From positions 103,234 through 167,233 of the forward strand of contig JBEGVH010000014.1 in the NCBI GenBank assembly GCA_041178425.1: a stretch of 64,000 nt of DNA, written 5' to 3'. Both the position numbers and the translations under genes were made by a program. This document shows, piece by piece, positions 30,701-37,998 of this stretch (position 1 is the first letter of the stretch; the number at the start of each line of letters is the position of its first letter). The notes under the pieces were generated by a model that made no database searches, was not told the origin of the DNA, and was given only the letters and a program-made list of their open reading frames with translations. Origin of the DNA: Pseudomonadota bacterium (GTDB lineage Bacteria > Bdellovibrionota > Bdellovibrionia > Bdellovibrionales > Bdellovibrionaceae).

Positions 30701-31211
30701 CGGCTCGGGAGGTTCCTGCACCGATACTCTTGCACCTCTTCAAAGTTGTTCGCTAGTGGTTACCTTTAGCCCCACAGCGGTAGGAATCAAAAATACAAAT
30801 CTCGTCCTTAATTATTTAGATGGCCTCACATCAACTAACACAACAACGAGCTTGACCGGCGAGGGCATCGCCCAAGCAATCATAAGCCTTTCCGAAGTCA
30901 ATCCTTATAACTTCGGTGCGATCAACTCCGGAGGTTCACTACATAAACTATTCATCCTCACAAACGCGGGCAGCGTCACTGGTACGCAACTCGCTGGTTC
31001 ATTCACGTCAGCCTTCGGCTTTAGGGGCGGACAATTCCCTGGTTCGGGTGGCAACTGTGGAAGCACTTTAGCACCAGGAACGACCTGTACCATCGAGTTG
31101 AGTTTTACCCCCAGCGTACAGGGCAACTACATCGGGTCTTTTACTCTCAATTACAACGACGGACTAGGAGCCCAAACAGAGTACAAAGAACTTCATGCCT
31201 CCGGAAATTGA
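27741..31211 (+). CDS. Large lipoprotein with about ten tandem Ig-like (choice-of-anchor D / ASH-like) domains
   Basis: Lipobox-like TANC; repeated ~110-aa units with [YF]xFG...I.N.G...GGx[YF]PG[TS]GGxC...C...[FY]xP...L.Y.DG. Confidence 0.85.
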   Translation: MRAITFFLLFLFATLLTANCRRKNEFPSQLIEKEPGAITVLNSDGFIGSTVVGNQIETTITLFASGGLDTYDLNIQIVTTDPFSFAGGSYPGTGGTCGTIIESGDTCTIVILYEPQSTTTHRATLAINYRDSIEARALTFPISADSHPILVFNYGNTYDFGNKFIGSSTDLRIQISNAGRSKAETIALNNIVLPYSYKGGTFPGSGGNCQLEIIPGETCSIVVNYSPSASGRHSQQITFSYTNNGRPEKSTLKLSAWGFNKAVLSLQSESGDDNFGTRANGYSNRKTYTLRHTAGDVAANVISVANLQAPFSRVGGTCGTSLSIDQGTCTIILEMNSHTSGAWQNSVIFSYHNGIDLVSSIRTLTGSTKQKPELSFSILDNLDFGIVNTGQSRQINLTITYLSGELPATNLTLSGLSTPYSKLASSNCGASLASGQCQYDFIYNPTSRGTNNTSVDFSFNDGSTTQKKTFSFRGATQSNLTANSLSFPNTLVGNTTSGSVDLTFSGGANITYLSHEFIQDPNDAPMANPFVFAGNTYPGTGGTCNPTINGPCRISIAFKPLSALRYRFRLKLHYHDGITNSSFEIPIEGTGSAAAQLTMSNASFSNTPINSFSSTEVTVTNSSSLTATSLNPILPPNVFIKNGTFPGSGRYCKSSLPGNSTCVLALLFYPASDSSYQNSITLNYFDGSQNRTSSVSVPGMGIKTSHAYISPEGTYLDNSDGYNYNSVYLGASKTVNLKIGYGGNASTATIQSMTTNNTQFVVTNLTCSANLTLNDTCLVAVAYTPNSTSVSNAVFTVNYTSEGISRTASRSLLGTGQSSGSLTLSPASINFGTTGVGAQKDQIITVTRSGAYPVGSFSSAISGTGFIYKGGTYPGTGGTCPTFAEGTNSCKIVISFNPTQQNTFSGQLSLSYYNGFQNSLASAEMTGESVPSAKLVFETTNYHWGQLIQTLSSDKTIRITNNGSQSATSISAATLTNSFSYKGGTFPGSGGSCTDTLAPLQSCSLVVTFSPTAVGIKNTNLVLNYLDGLTSTNTTTSLTGEGIAQAIISLSEVNPYNFGAINSGGSLHKLFILTNAGSVTGTQLAGSFTSAFGFRGGQFPGSGGNCGSTLAPGTTCTIELSFTPSVQGNYIGSFTLNYNDGLGAQTEYKELHASGN

Positions 31212-31282
31212 AAAAACGCCGATCCTGTAAGTTATCTTTTTGATCCCTGGACATAATCGCTCTAAATGCTATCATCTTTTGA

Positions 31283-32233
31283 ATGAACAAAATCGATCGA
31301 CTCTTTGCCTCTCTTTCATCTAATTTTCTTTTGTTTATGTCTTGTGCGTGTATTTGGGGATCCACGTGGTTAGTGATTAAATATCAAATCGGCAACATCG
31401 ACCCGGTTATCAGTGTGTTTTTCCGTTTTTTTATTTCTACCGCTATTCTTTTTGCCTTTGCCTTAGCGACCGGCCGATCTCTTAAATACTCTCGACGATT
31501 CCATTTTATTTTTTTCTTCCAAGGTGCTTGTAATTTTTCGATTAACTACATCATCACCTATTGGGCGGAACACTTCGCCCCCTCCGCCACTGTCGCTCTG
31601 GCGTTCACACTTCTTCTTGCCTTTAATATTTTGGGAATGCGTCTGTTTTTTCGTAAGGCCATGGATTCGAGCGTTTACTTAGGCGCAGCCATAGGCGCCT
31701 GCGGAATTTTTCTCATTTTTGGCAATGAATTGAGCAATCTCGGAGCGGCCAGCTCTAGCCTAAAGGGTCTTGCTTTGGGAATTCTAGCAACGGTATTCGC
31801 CTCAGCCGGGAATCTTTTGTCGTATCGGAATCACCTGAACAATGTACCTGTCACAATATCGAATGCCTGGGGAATGTTCTATGGAACCCTCACCACATTG
31901 GGAATCGCATTGGTCATGAGAAAAGAATTTCAAATATCCACAACCCCCTCCTATTGGACTTCGCTGCTCTATCTTTCTGTTTTTGGTACAGTCATTGCGT
32001 TTGGAGCCTATCTGACTCTTGTTGCTAGAATTGGGGCTGAGCGCGCAGGATACACCACAATACTGTCGCCAGTTATTGCGGTCGTTTTATCGACAGTTTT
32101 TGAAGATTTTAAAATTACTCTTTACATTGCTCTCGGTCTCACCCTTTGTCTCATCGGAAACTATATAACCCTCGCAGGAAAATCGCTTCGACCTAAAAAG
32201 AAAAAATCCAAAATAGATACGTCAGTGATTTAA
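31283..32233 (+). CDS. DMT/EamA family transporter
   Basis: IWGSTWLVIK, RFF, LLYLSVFGTVIAF, two EamA-like halves. Confidence 0.92.
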   Translation: MNKIDRLFASLSSNFLLFMSCACIWGSTWLVIKYQIGNIDPVISVFFRFFISTAILFAFALATGRSLKYSRRFHFIFFFQGACNFSINYIITYWAEHFAPSATVALAFTLLLAFNILGMRLFFRKAMDSSVYLGAAIGACGIFLIFGNELSNLGAASSSLKGLALGILATVFASAGNLLSYRNHLNNVPVTISNAWGMFYGTLTTLGIALVMRKEFQISTTPSYWTSLLYLSVFGTVIAFGAYLTLVARIGAERAGYTTILSPVIAVVLSTVFEDFKITLYIALGLTLCLIGNYITLAGKSLRPKKKKSKIDTSVI

Positions 32234-32512
32234 TCATTTTTCGAAAAATAAGGGGCTTAAACCTCTTCTGTTTAAAAGTATTTCATAAATTAATAATTTT
32301 CTCAGGGGCCGTATCACCTTGAAAAAATATCTTAAGATAAATTATCTAAGTCTTCGACACATTGATTACGAAAATGCCAATGATTCGCAATTATAAAGCT
32401 GACTTTCTCAAAACCGCTCATAAGAAATGTTTTTAGAACTGTCTAGCTAAAGGTCTAGTTCACGCATTTAGACATTTTATTTAACTTTCGATGGCCTAGT
32501 TAAGCTCTGAAG

Positions 32513-32528
32513 TGGCACCACACTTGCT
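32513..32528 (+). promoter_or_regulatory. Sigma54 (RpoN) promoter
   Basis: TGGCAC-CACAC-TTGCT, a perfect -24/-12 consensus 40 nt upstream of ATG 32568, in a 334-bp AT-rich intergenic region. Confidence 0.8.
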
Positions 32529-32567
32529 CTTTTACCTCCTCGTCAGAAAAAACTACGGAGGGAAACC

Positions 32568-34214
32568 ATGAAGTTTTTAAAATTGAATCAAGCTGTCTTT
32601 AAAATTCTCCTAACAAGTAGCACGCTCGTTGCGGGTTGCTCCAATTATAACGGACCCGTCAATACGAAAGAAAGTGTGATGGGGTTCTCTGCCAAAGCCT
32701 CTGATTGGGTCGACGTCATTGATGACACTACAAATGGCGGCACAATCATCGGGGGAGCAACACCAACACCCACTCCGATTGCAGAGGAACCGCCGGTAGT
32801 TATTGAGCAACCGCCCGTGCAAGAACCTCCAGTGGTGGTTAATCCACCCATCATAGAACAACCACCAGTGGTTATTGAAGAACCACCCGTGCAAGAACCT
32901 CCAGTGGTGGTTAATCCACCCATCGTCGATCAACCACCAGTGGTTATTGAACAACCACCCGTGCAAGAACCTCCAGTGGTGGTTAATCCACCCATCATAG
33001 AACAACCACCAGTGGTTATTGAACAACCACCTGTGCAAGAACCTCCAGTGGTGGTTAACCCACCCATCGTCGATCAACCACCAGTGGTTATTGAACAACC
33101 ACCCGTACAAGAACCTCCCGTGGTGGTTAACCCACCCATCGTGACTCCTCCGCCTGTGGTACTACCTCCCATCGTCAATCCGCCAGTGGATTCTTGTGTT
33201 CCCGTCGCCCAAAATATGTGTGGATCTAAATCTCACCTCGCGCAATGCGGTGATGACGGAATGGATTCCTCTACGGATCAAGACGATGCCAATGAATGTC
33301 TAGCGTTCCGAGGACTAAATCTTTCCGCGGGAATTCATAGTCGCCATATGCCTAGAATCCGCGAAAACCATAAAAACGTTTGGCTTACTGATAGTGCCAT
33401 CACAGAACCTATCAGGGGCCACGGTAAACTCGTTATTATGTTTACTGGCAAAAAAGGCAAAGGGAGCATTTTTAAAATCGACGGTTGGAAAGGCAAAATC
33501 ATCCTCTGCGGATTCGTGGTTGATCAGATCAAACAAATCCGAGGCAAGATTGCCCTTGTAAATTCGGAGGTAAAAAAATTCGAATACAGCCGTGGCCGCC
33601 TTGTTTCTCACAGAACTGAACTGATGAATAATAAAATCAAAATCTCATCGGCCTCTCTCAGTGGCGGGCTTCTAAACCCAGGAGTTTTCTCGATCAATGC
33701 TAACAAGATTACATCTCTCGGTGATTGGACCAAAATGTCTTCTGAAAGTGTTAAAGCTAAAATGGATTTCTCTGAGCAAAAAGAGCAAGCCATCCGAGAA
33801 CATGAATTAACACTAAAAGACATCAACAATCAAATTCTCACACTCCAAAAAAGAGGTAAAGAGAAATACCACAGAGAAATCGAGATTCATCACGCTAGAG
33901 CCCAGGAGATCAGGCTTCTTATTGCCAAACTGCTAACAGTGAAAATTGGTTTCGAGTTGAACGATGATGACCACGATTGCGAACGCGACTCTAAAAAAAT
34001 AGTGACTATCGATATCTTTAAAAAATGGAGAGAATTTGCGAAGAGTGCAAATGCAAGAATTGGCCGATGCCACTCCGAAGCAAAGTCGATTTTTAACCAA
34101 GCCATCAACACAAATTATGCTTCGGCCACAAATACGACTCAAACCCAAAACTCGAGTTCAGCGATCACCTCAGGATTGGGCTCGATGCTCAGTAACCTCT
34201 TTAATAGAAAATAG
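32568..34214 (+). CDS. Lipoprotein with a Pro/Val-rich tandem-repeat spacer and an unknown basic C-terminal region
   Basis: GGAGGG RBS; lipobox VAGC; PPVVIEQPPVQEPPVVVNPPI repeats. Confidence 0.85.
   Translation: MKFLKLNQAVFKILLTSSTLVAGCSNYNGPVNTKESVMGFSAKASDWVDVIDDTTNGGTIIGGATPTPTPIAEEPPVVIEQPPVQEPPVVVNPPIIEQPPVVIEEPPVQEPPVVVNPPIVDQPPVVIEQPPVQEPPVVVNPPIIEQPPVVIEQPPVQEPPVVVNPPIVDQPPVVIEQPPVQEPPVVVNPPIVTPPPVVLPPIVNPPVDSCVPVAQNMCGSKSHLAQCGDDGMDSSTDQDDANECLAFRGLNLSAGIHSRHMPRIRENHKNVWLTDSAITEPIRGHGKLVIMFTGKKGKGSIFKIDGWKGKIILCGFVVDQIKQIRGKIALVNSEVKKFEYSRGRLVSHRTELMNNKIKISSASLSGGLLNPGVFSINANKITSLGDWTKMSSESVKAKMDFSEQKEQAIREHELTLKDINNQILTLQKRGKEKYHREIEIHHARAQEIRLLIAKLLTVKIGFELNDDDHDCERDSKKIVTIDIFKKWREFAKSANARIGRCHSEAKSIFNQAINTNYASATNTTQTQNSSSAITSGLGSMLSNLFNRK
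32790..33149 (+). repeat. Intragenic tandem repeat, 5 x 72 bp (24 aa)
   Basis: Unit PPVVIE[QE]PPVQEPPVVVNPPI[IV][ED]Q; endings alternate IIEQ/IVDQ and the last unit degenerates. Confidence 0.95.
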
Positions 34215-34262
34215 GAGGTTAAATAAGCGATATTTAAATCAAATAAGACATACCCTTCCCCG

Positions 34263-34300
34263 AAACAGAGTGTCTCTCCCCTTGGACACTCTGTTTTTTT
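34263..34300 (+). terminator. Rho-independent terminator
   Basis: AAACAGAGTGTC-N10-GACACTCTGTTT followed by further Ts. Confidence 0.85.
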
Positions 34301-34392
34301 GGGCCACCCAAAATTCACAGTCGCTAGTTTAGACTTCAAAAAGTAAAAAATAATGATTGTCTCTGAACCCAAGCCGGTGAAACAATAAAAGT

Positions 34393-34959
34393 ATGAAATC
34401 GTCATTGATCCCCTTTCAATCAAGTCTAACGACCCTTAAATTCGAAACCGACAGTAAAATTTCTGGTCAAAATCTCGAGATAACTTATAAACTTTCTGGC
34501 GCGCTAGAAAATATAAACCTCCTCCATAACTTTCCTTCAAAAAAAAACAGAAAAAATGAACTCTGGAAAGACACCTGTTTTGAGTGGTTTATCGGCTCGA
34601 AAACGAACAGCCAATATTGGGAATTTAACGCCTCTCCCTCTGGAGAATGGAATTTCTATCAGCTCGATGACTATCGAAAAAATCTCACCGAATGCGAACA
34701 TATAGGTGCTGACGATATTAATTTTTCCTCTCAATCGTTGAATGAGGACAAGTGCAACTATTCGTTTAAAATGAACATCGCTTTGAACTCGCTCCTGAGG
34801 GCCCAGCCTAATCTTATAGCCGATGGTGCTCTAGCCCTTACAGCGGTCATTCGGACCAATCTTGGAGCCACAGACTATTATTCTCTTAAACACCCAAGCG
34901 AAAAACCAGACTTTCACAACAGAACTGGCTTTATTATCCCATTGAAGGAGCTCGAATAA
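34393..34959 (+). CDS. DOMON-like domain protein (murB-like subfamily)
   Basis: ELWKDTCFEWF, YWEFNASPSGEWN, LTAVI, KPDFH. Confidence 0.8.
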   Translation: MKSSLIPFQSSLTTLKFETDSKISGQNLEITYKLSGALENINLLHNFPSKKNRKNELWKDTCFEWFIGSKTNSQYWEFNASPSGEWNFYQLDDYRKNLTECEHIGADDINFSSQSLNEDKCNYSFKMNIALNSLLRAQPNLIADGALALTAVIRTNLGATDYYSLKHPSEKPDFHNRTGFIIPLKELE

Positions 34960-36158
34960 TGTTTCAACTCGGAATCGATCAGTTACTCACAAATTCAGAA
35001 CTCAAAGATCAACTCAAGAACAAGAAACTGGCTTTTGTTGGCCATCCAGCGTCTGTCACTAAAGATCTCACTCACTCATTGAATGCTCTAGTGGAACAAA
35101 AATTCAATGTAGTTTGCGCCTACGGACCTCAGCACGGAATGAGAGGCGAAAAGCAAGATAATATGATCGAGAGCGAAGACTATCTTGATCCAGAATTAAA
35201 GATTCCAGTTTTTAGTCTCTATGGATCTTCGAGACGTCCCTCAGAAGAAAGCTTGAAGCTTTTTGATATCTGCCTCTTTGACCTACAAGATGTCGGCACT
35301 CGAATCTATACATTTCTAACAACACTTCGCTATATGATGGAAGGCTGTGCGAAAGCCAAAAAAGCCCTTTGGATTTTAGATCGCCCAAATCCCGCTGGAC
35401 GCCCTATTGAGGGAACTCTTTTAAGAGAAGGCTGGGAGTCGTTTGTTGGTGCCGGCCCGTTTCCGATGCGCCATGGAATGACCCTTGGCGAATGTGCCTT
35501 ATGGTTTAAAGACTTTTTAAAGCTCGATATCGATTTAAAAGTCATAAAAATGCAAGATTACAATCCGGATGCCGCACCTTATTTTGGTTGGCCCTCAGAA
35601 TTATCATGGGTAAACCCTTCACCGAATGCGGCCACACCACACATGGCAAAAACGTTCCCTGGAACGGTAATGATCGAAGGAACCCACCTTTCTGAAGGGC
35701 GTGGTACCACTCACCCACTGGAGCTCCTCGGCGCCTCTGATATTGATATTCATCGAATCTTGAAGAAAATGAAAACTCTTGCCCCCGAATGGACCCAGGG
35801 CTGTATTATTCGTGCGTGTTACTTTGAACCTACGTTTCATAAGCATCAAAAAACACTCTGCCAGGGCTTCCAAATACACGTCGACCACCCCACCTACAAT
35901 CATTATCAATTTAAACCTTATCGCCTCGTGGCTCTCTTTTTTAAAGCGCTTCGACTGGAATACCCTGGTTATCAAATTTGGAAGCAGTTCGCTTACGAGT
36001 ACGAGCACGATCGCTTAGCTATCGATTTGATAAACGGGAGTCCGCTCTTGCGCGAATGGGTTGACGATAAGAATGGAACGGTGGCTGATTTTGAAAAGGC
36101 TAATCTCATCGATGAGAGAGCCTGGAAAGAATCAACAGCAAAATACTTACTGTATTAA
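34959..36158 (+). CDS. namZ: Exo-beta-N-acetylmuramidase NamZ (DUF1343) family
   Basis: GPQHG, FSLYG, FDLQDVGTRIYTF, LDRPNP, RHGMTLGE, WVNPSPN, SEGRGTTHPLE. Confidence 0.9.
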   Translation: MFQLGIDQLLTNSELKDQLKNKKLAFVGHPASVTKDLTHSLNALVEQKFNVVCAYGPQHGMRGEKQDNMIESEDYLDPELKIPVFSLYGSSRRPSEESLKLFDICLFDLQDVGTRIYTFLTTLRYMMEGCAKAKKALWILDRPNPAGRPIEGTLLREGWESFVGAGPFPMRHGMTLGECALWFKDFLKLDIDLKVIKMQDYNPDAAPYFGWPSELSWVNPSPNAATPHMAKTFPGTVMIEGTHLSEGRGTTHPLELLGASDIDIHRILKKMKTLAPEWTQGCIIRACYFEPTFHKHQKTLCQGFQIHVDHPTYNHYQFKPYRLVALFFKALRLEYPGYQIWKQFAYEYEHDRLAIDLINGSPLLREWVDDKNGTVADFEKANLIDERAWKESTAKYLLY

Positions 36159-36203
36159 AGGTGAAAATGGCGAGTCGACACAAAGAGCCGACTCGCTCAG
36201 ATT

Positions 36204-37073
36204 CTATCGACTTACAAGAGCCTCTACAGCTTTTGTTGCTTCAACAATTTGTATAGAATTTTCATTGAATCCACTAAACGTTACTGTTTTGCGTGGATCA
36301 ATATTCAACAAATTCCAGTATTCCTGAAATTTAGCAAGCAAGGCAGGATCACTAGATAGTTCCCGATAGAACTTGGCAATTTCAATCGGCATTTGCGATC
36401 GAGCCAAACCATTGAGCTCCGCAATCTTCTTAGAAGTCGTCGCTTCTAATTTAGCAACTTCTAAGCGCCCCTCTTCTTGAACAATGGCCGTTGTTCTTTC
36501 AATTCGAGCAGCAACAGCATGAAAAAATTGCTTCGTAATATCAGATAAAAGACCGATATTTTGAATCATCGCATCGGACAGAGAAATTCCCCAGCGCTCT
36601 GTCTCAAACGCAATCGACTTTTTAAGCTTTTCACCCAACTCAGAGCGGTGGAGCAAAATTTCGTTTACTGACTGAGAAGAAAGAATCGAAGCCGTCGAAT
36701 GTATCACCGTGCTCTGCAAGACCTCTTCCCAATTCTCAACGCCAAATAAAGCCTTGTAAGGATCCGTCACTCTAAACTCAATCCACAGATCAACAACGAC
36801 GGTGGTTCCGTTTTTGTCATTAACCTGAATACTTCGATAGGTTCTAAAATCAATCTGTTTAGAAACAGTGATGACCTCTACCCATAGCAAAACTTTTTTA
36901 GGCGCAAAATGCAAACCCGGCTTCCAGAAGGACTTTTCTAAGCGACCAGCGTTGAGCAAAAATGTTTCTGAATGCTCTCTCACCTGAAGAGTTATTTTAG
37001 AAAAAATAGACCATCCAATTCCAACCAATAAGATAACTGCGATAAAACCAAAAAAAACTGTCGATAACTCCAT
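36204..37073 (-). CDS. SPFH/band-7 domain protein (second of the pair)
   Basis: N-terminal TM, PGLHF, DKNGTTVVVDLWIEFRVTDPYKALFGVEN, RWGISL, coiled-coil tail. Confidence 0.88.
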   Translation of the reverse strand: MELSTVFFGFIAVILLVGIGWSIFSKITLQVREHSETFLLNAGRLEKSFWKPGLHFAPKKVLLWVEVITVSKQIDFRTYRSIQVNDKNGTTVVVDLWIEFRVTDPYKALFGVENWEEVLQSTVIHSTASILSSQSVNEILLHRSELGEKLKKSIAFETERWGISLSDAMIQNIGLLSDITKQFFHAVAARIERTTAIVQEEGRLEVAKLEATTSKKIAELNGLARSQMPIEIAKFYRELSSDPALLAKFQEYWNLLNIDPRKTVTFSGFNENSIQIVEATKAVEALVSR

Positions 37074-37996
37074 TAGATATCTCCTTTTTGTAAAAATACT
37101 AACTTGGAATCACCAAGCAATTCCGCTCTCCGGTGCGCAAGATAATGATCAGCATTTCCTTCAGCCATAAGACCTTTGATTGTTTTTGCAAGAATTCTGA
37201 GTTCATTTGCAACCGACTCTGCACGTACTTTTGCAATCTCAACTCCCTGCTCGGCCGCTAAGACTTTCTGGCGGGTATCCGCCTCGGCTTTGGAGTACAT
37301 TGTGTCAGCCTCGGTCTTTGCATTTTGAATACCATTGAGCGCCGACTCTAGTTCCTGAGGCGGAACGATATCGATCAGATCAACGCCTAAAAATTGAATC
37401 CCATAAGAACTTCCGATTTGGCTGCGACATATGTATTCGACTTGCTGATTTAAAAGTTTTCGTTCACGACGAATCTCCGAATAAGATCCAAGAATTTCTT
37501 CTGTGCTTGTTGAAGACCCCTTGAAATTGGCAATCTCATTACGAATAACACAAATAAACATCTCTTTGATGTGACCCATTGGGTTTTTTAACTCGAAAAG
37601 GTAGCTATAATACGAAGAGCTTTTCGGAAAGAACCGGATTTTTGAATCTAATCTTAAAACAGTGCCATCCGCAGCCATGGCATACTTTCCACCTTCTTCT
37701 CCGGATAGATCGATGACTCTCTCCATGGTAGAAAAAATAATGACCTTGTCCCAGGGAAATTTCCAATGTCCACCTGGCGAATACAATTGCATTGGTTTTG
37801 AATCAGTCAATTCCGCCTCACGTGATTGGCTTGAAGATGCATTTTTATGCCCCTCCAAGACAACAGCCCCAAAGCGAACTAAAACGGCTAAGTGTCCTTC
37901 TTCCACGTGGAAATAAGCTAACCATAACCACGCAACTAAAAAACAACAAAGCGCTATTCCCACTCCAACCATAAAACTCAAAATATCAAATTCCAT
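37073..37996 (-). CDS. SPFH/band-7 domain protein (first of the pair)
   Basis: N-terminal TM, VEEGHLAVLVRFG, PGGHWKFPW, YGIQFLGVDLIDIVPP, AEA-rich coiled coil. Confidence 0.88.
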   Translation of the reverse strand: MEFDILSFMVGVGIALCCFLVAWLWLAYFHVEEGHLAVLVRFGAVVLEGHKNASSSQSREAELTDSKPMQLYSPGGHWKFPWDKVIIFSTMERVIDLSGEEGGKYAMAADGTVLRLDSKIRFFPKSSSYYSYLFELKNPMGHIKEMFICVIRNEIANFKGSSTSTEEILGSYSEIRRERKLLNQQVEYICRSQIGSSYGIQFLGVDLIDIVPPQELESALNGIQNAKTEADTMYSKAEADTRQKVLAAEQGVEIAKVRAESVANELRILAKTIKGLMAEGNADHYLAHRRAELLGDSKLVFLQKGDI

Positions 37997-37998
37997 GT

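Noticed and set aside
32610..33110. Minus-strand His/Trp-rich repetitive ORF (NHHWRFL...)
   Set aside because: Antisense shadow of the Pro/Val repeat; the plus strand has the promoter, RBS and lipobox
32790..33149. Regularly spaced repeats as a possible CRISPR array
   Set aside because: Contiguous in-frame 72-bp coding repeats with no unique spacers and no cas genes
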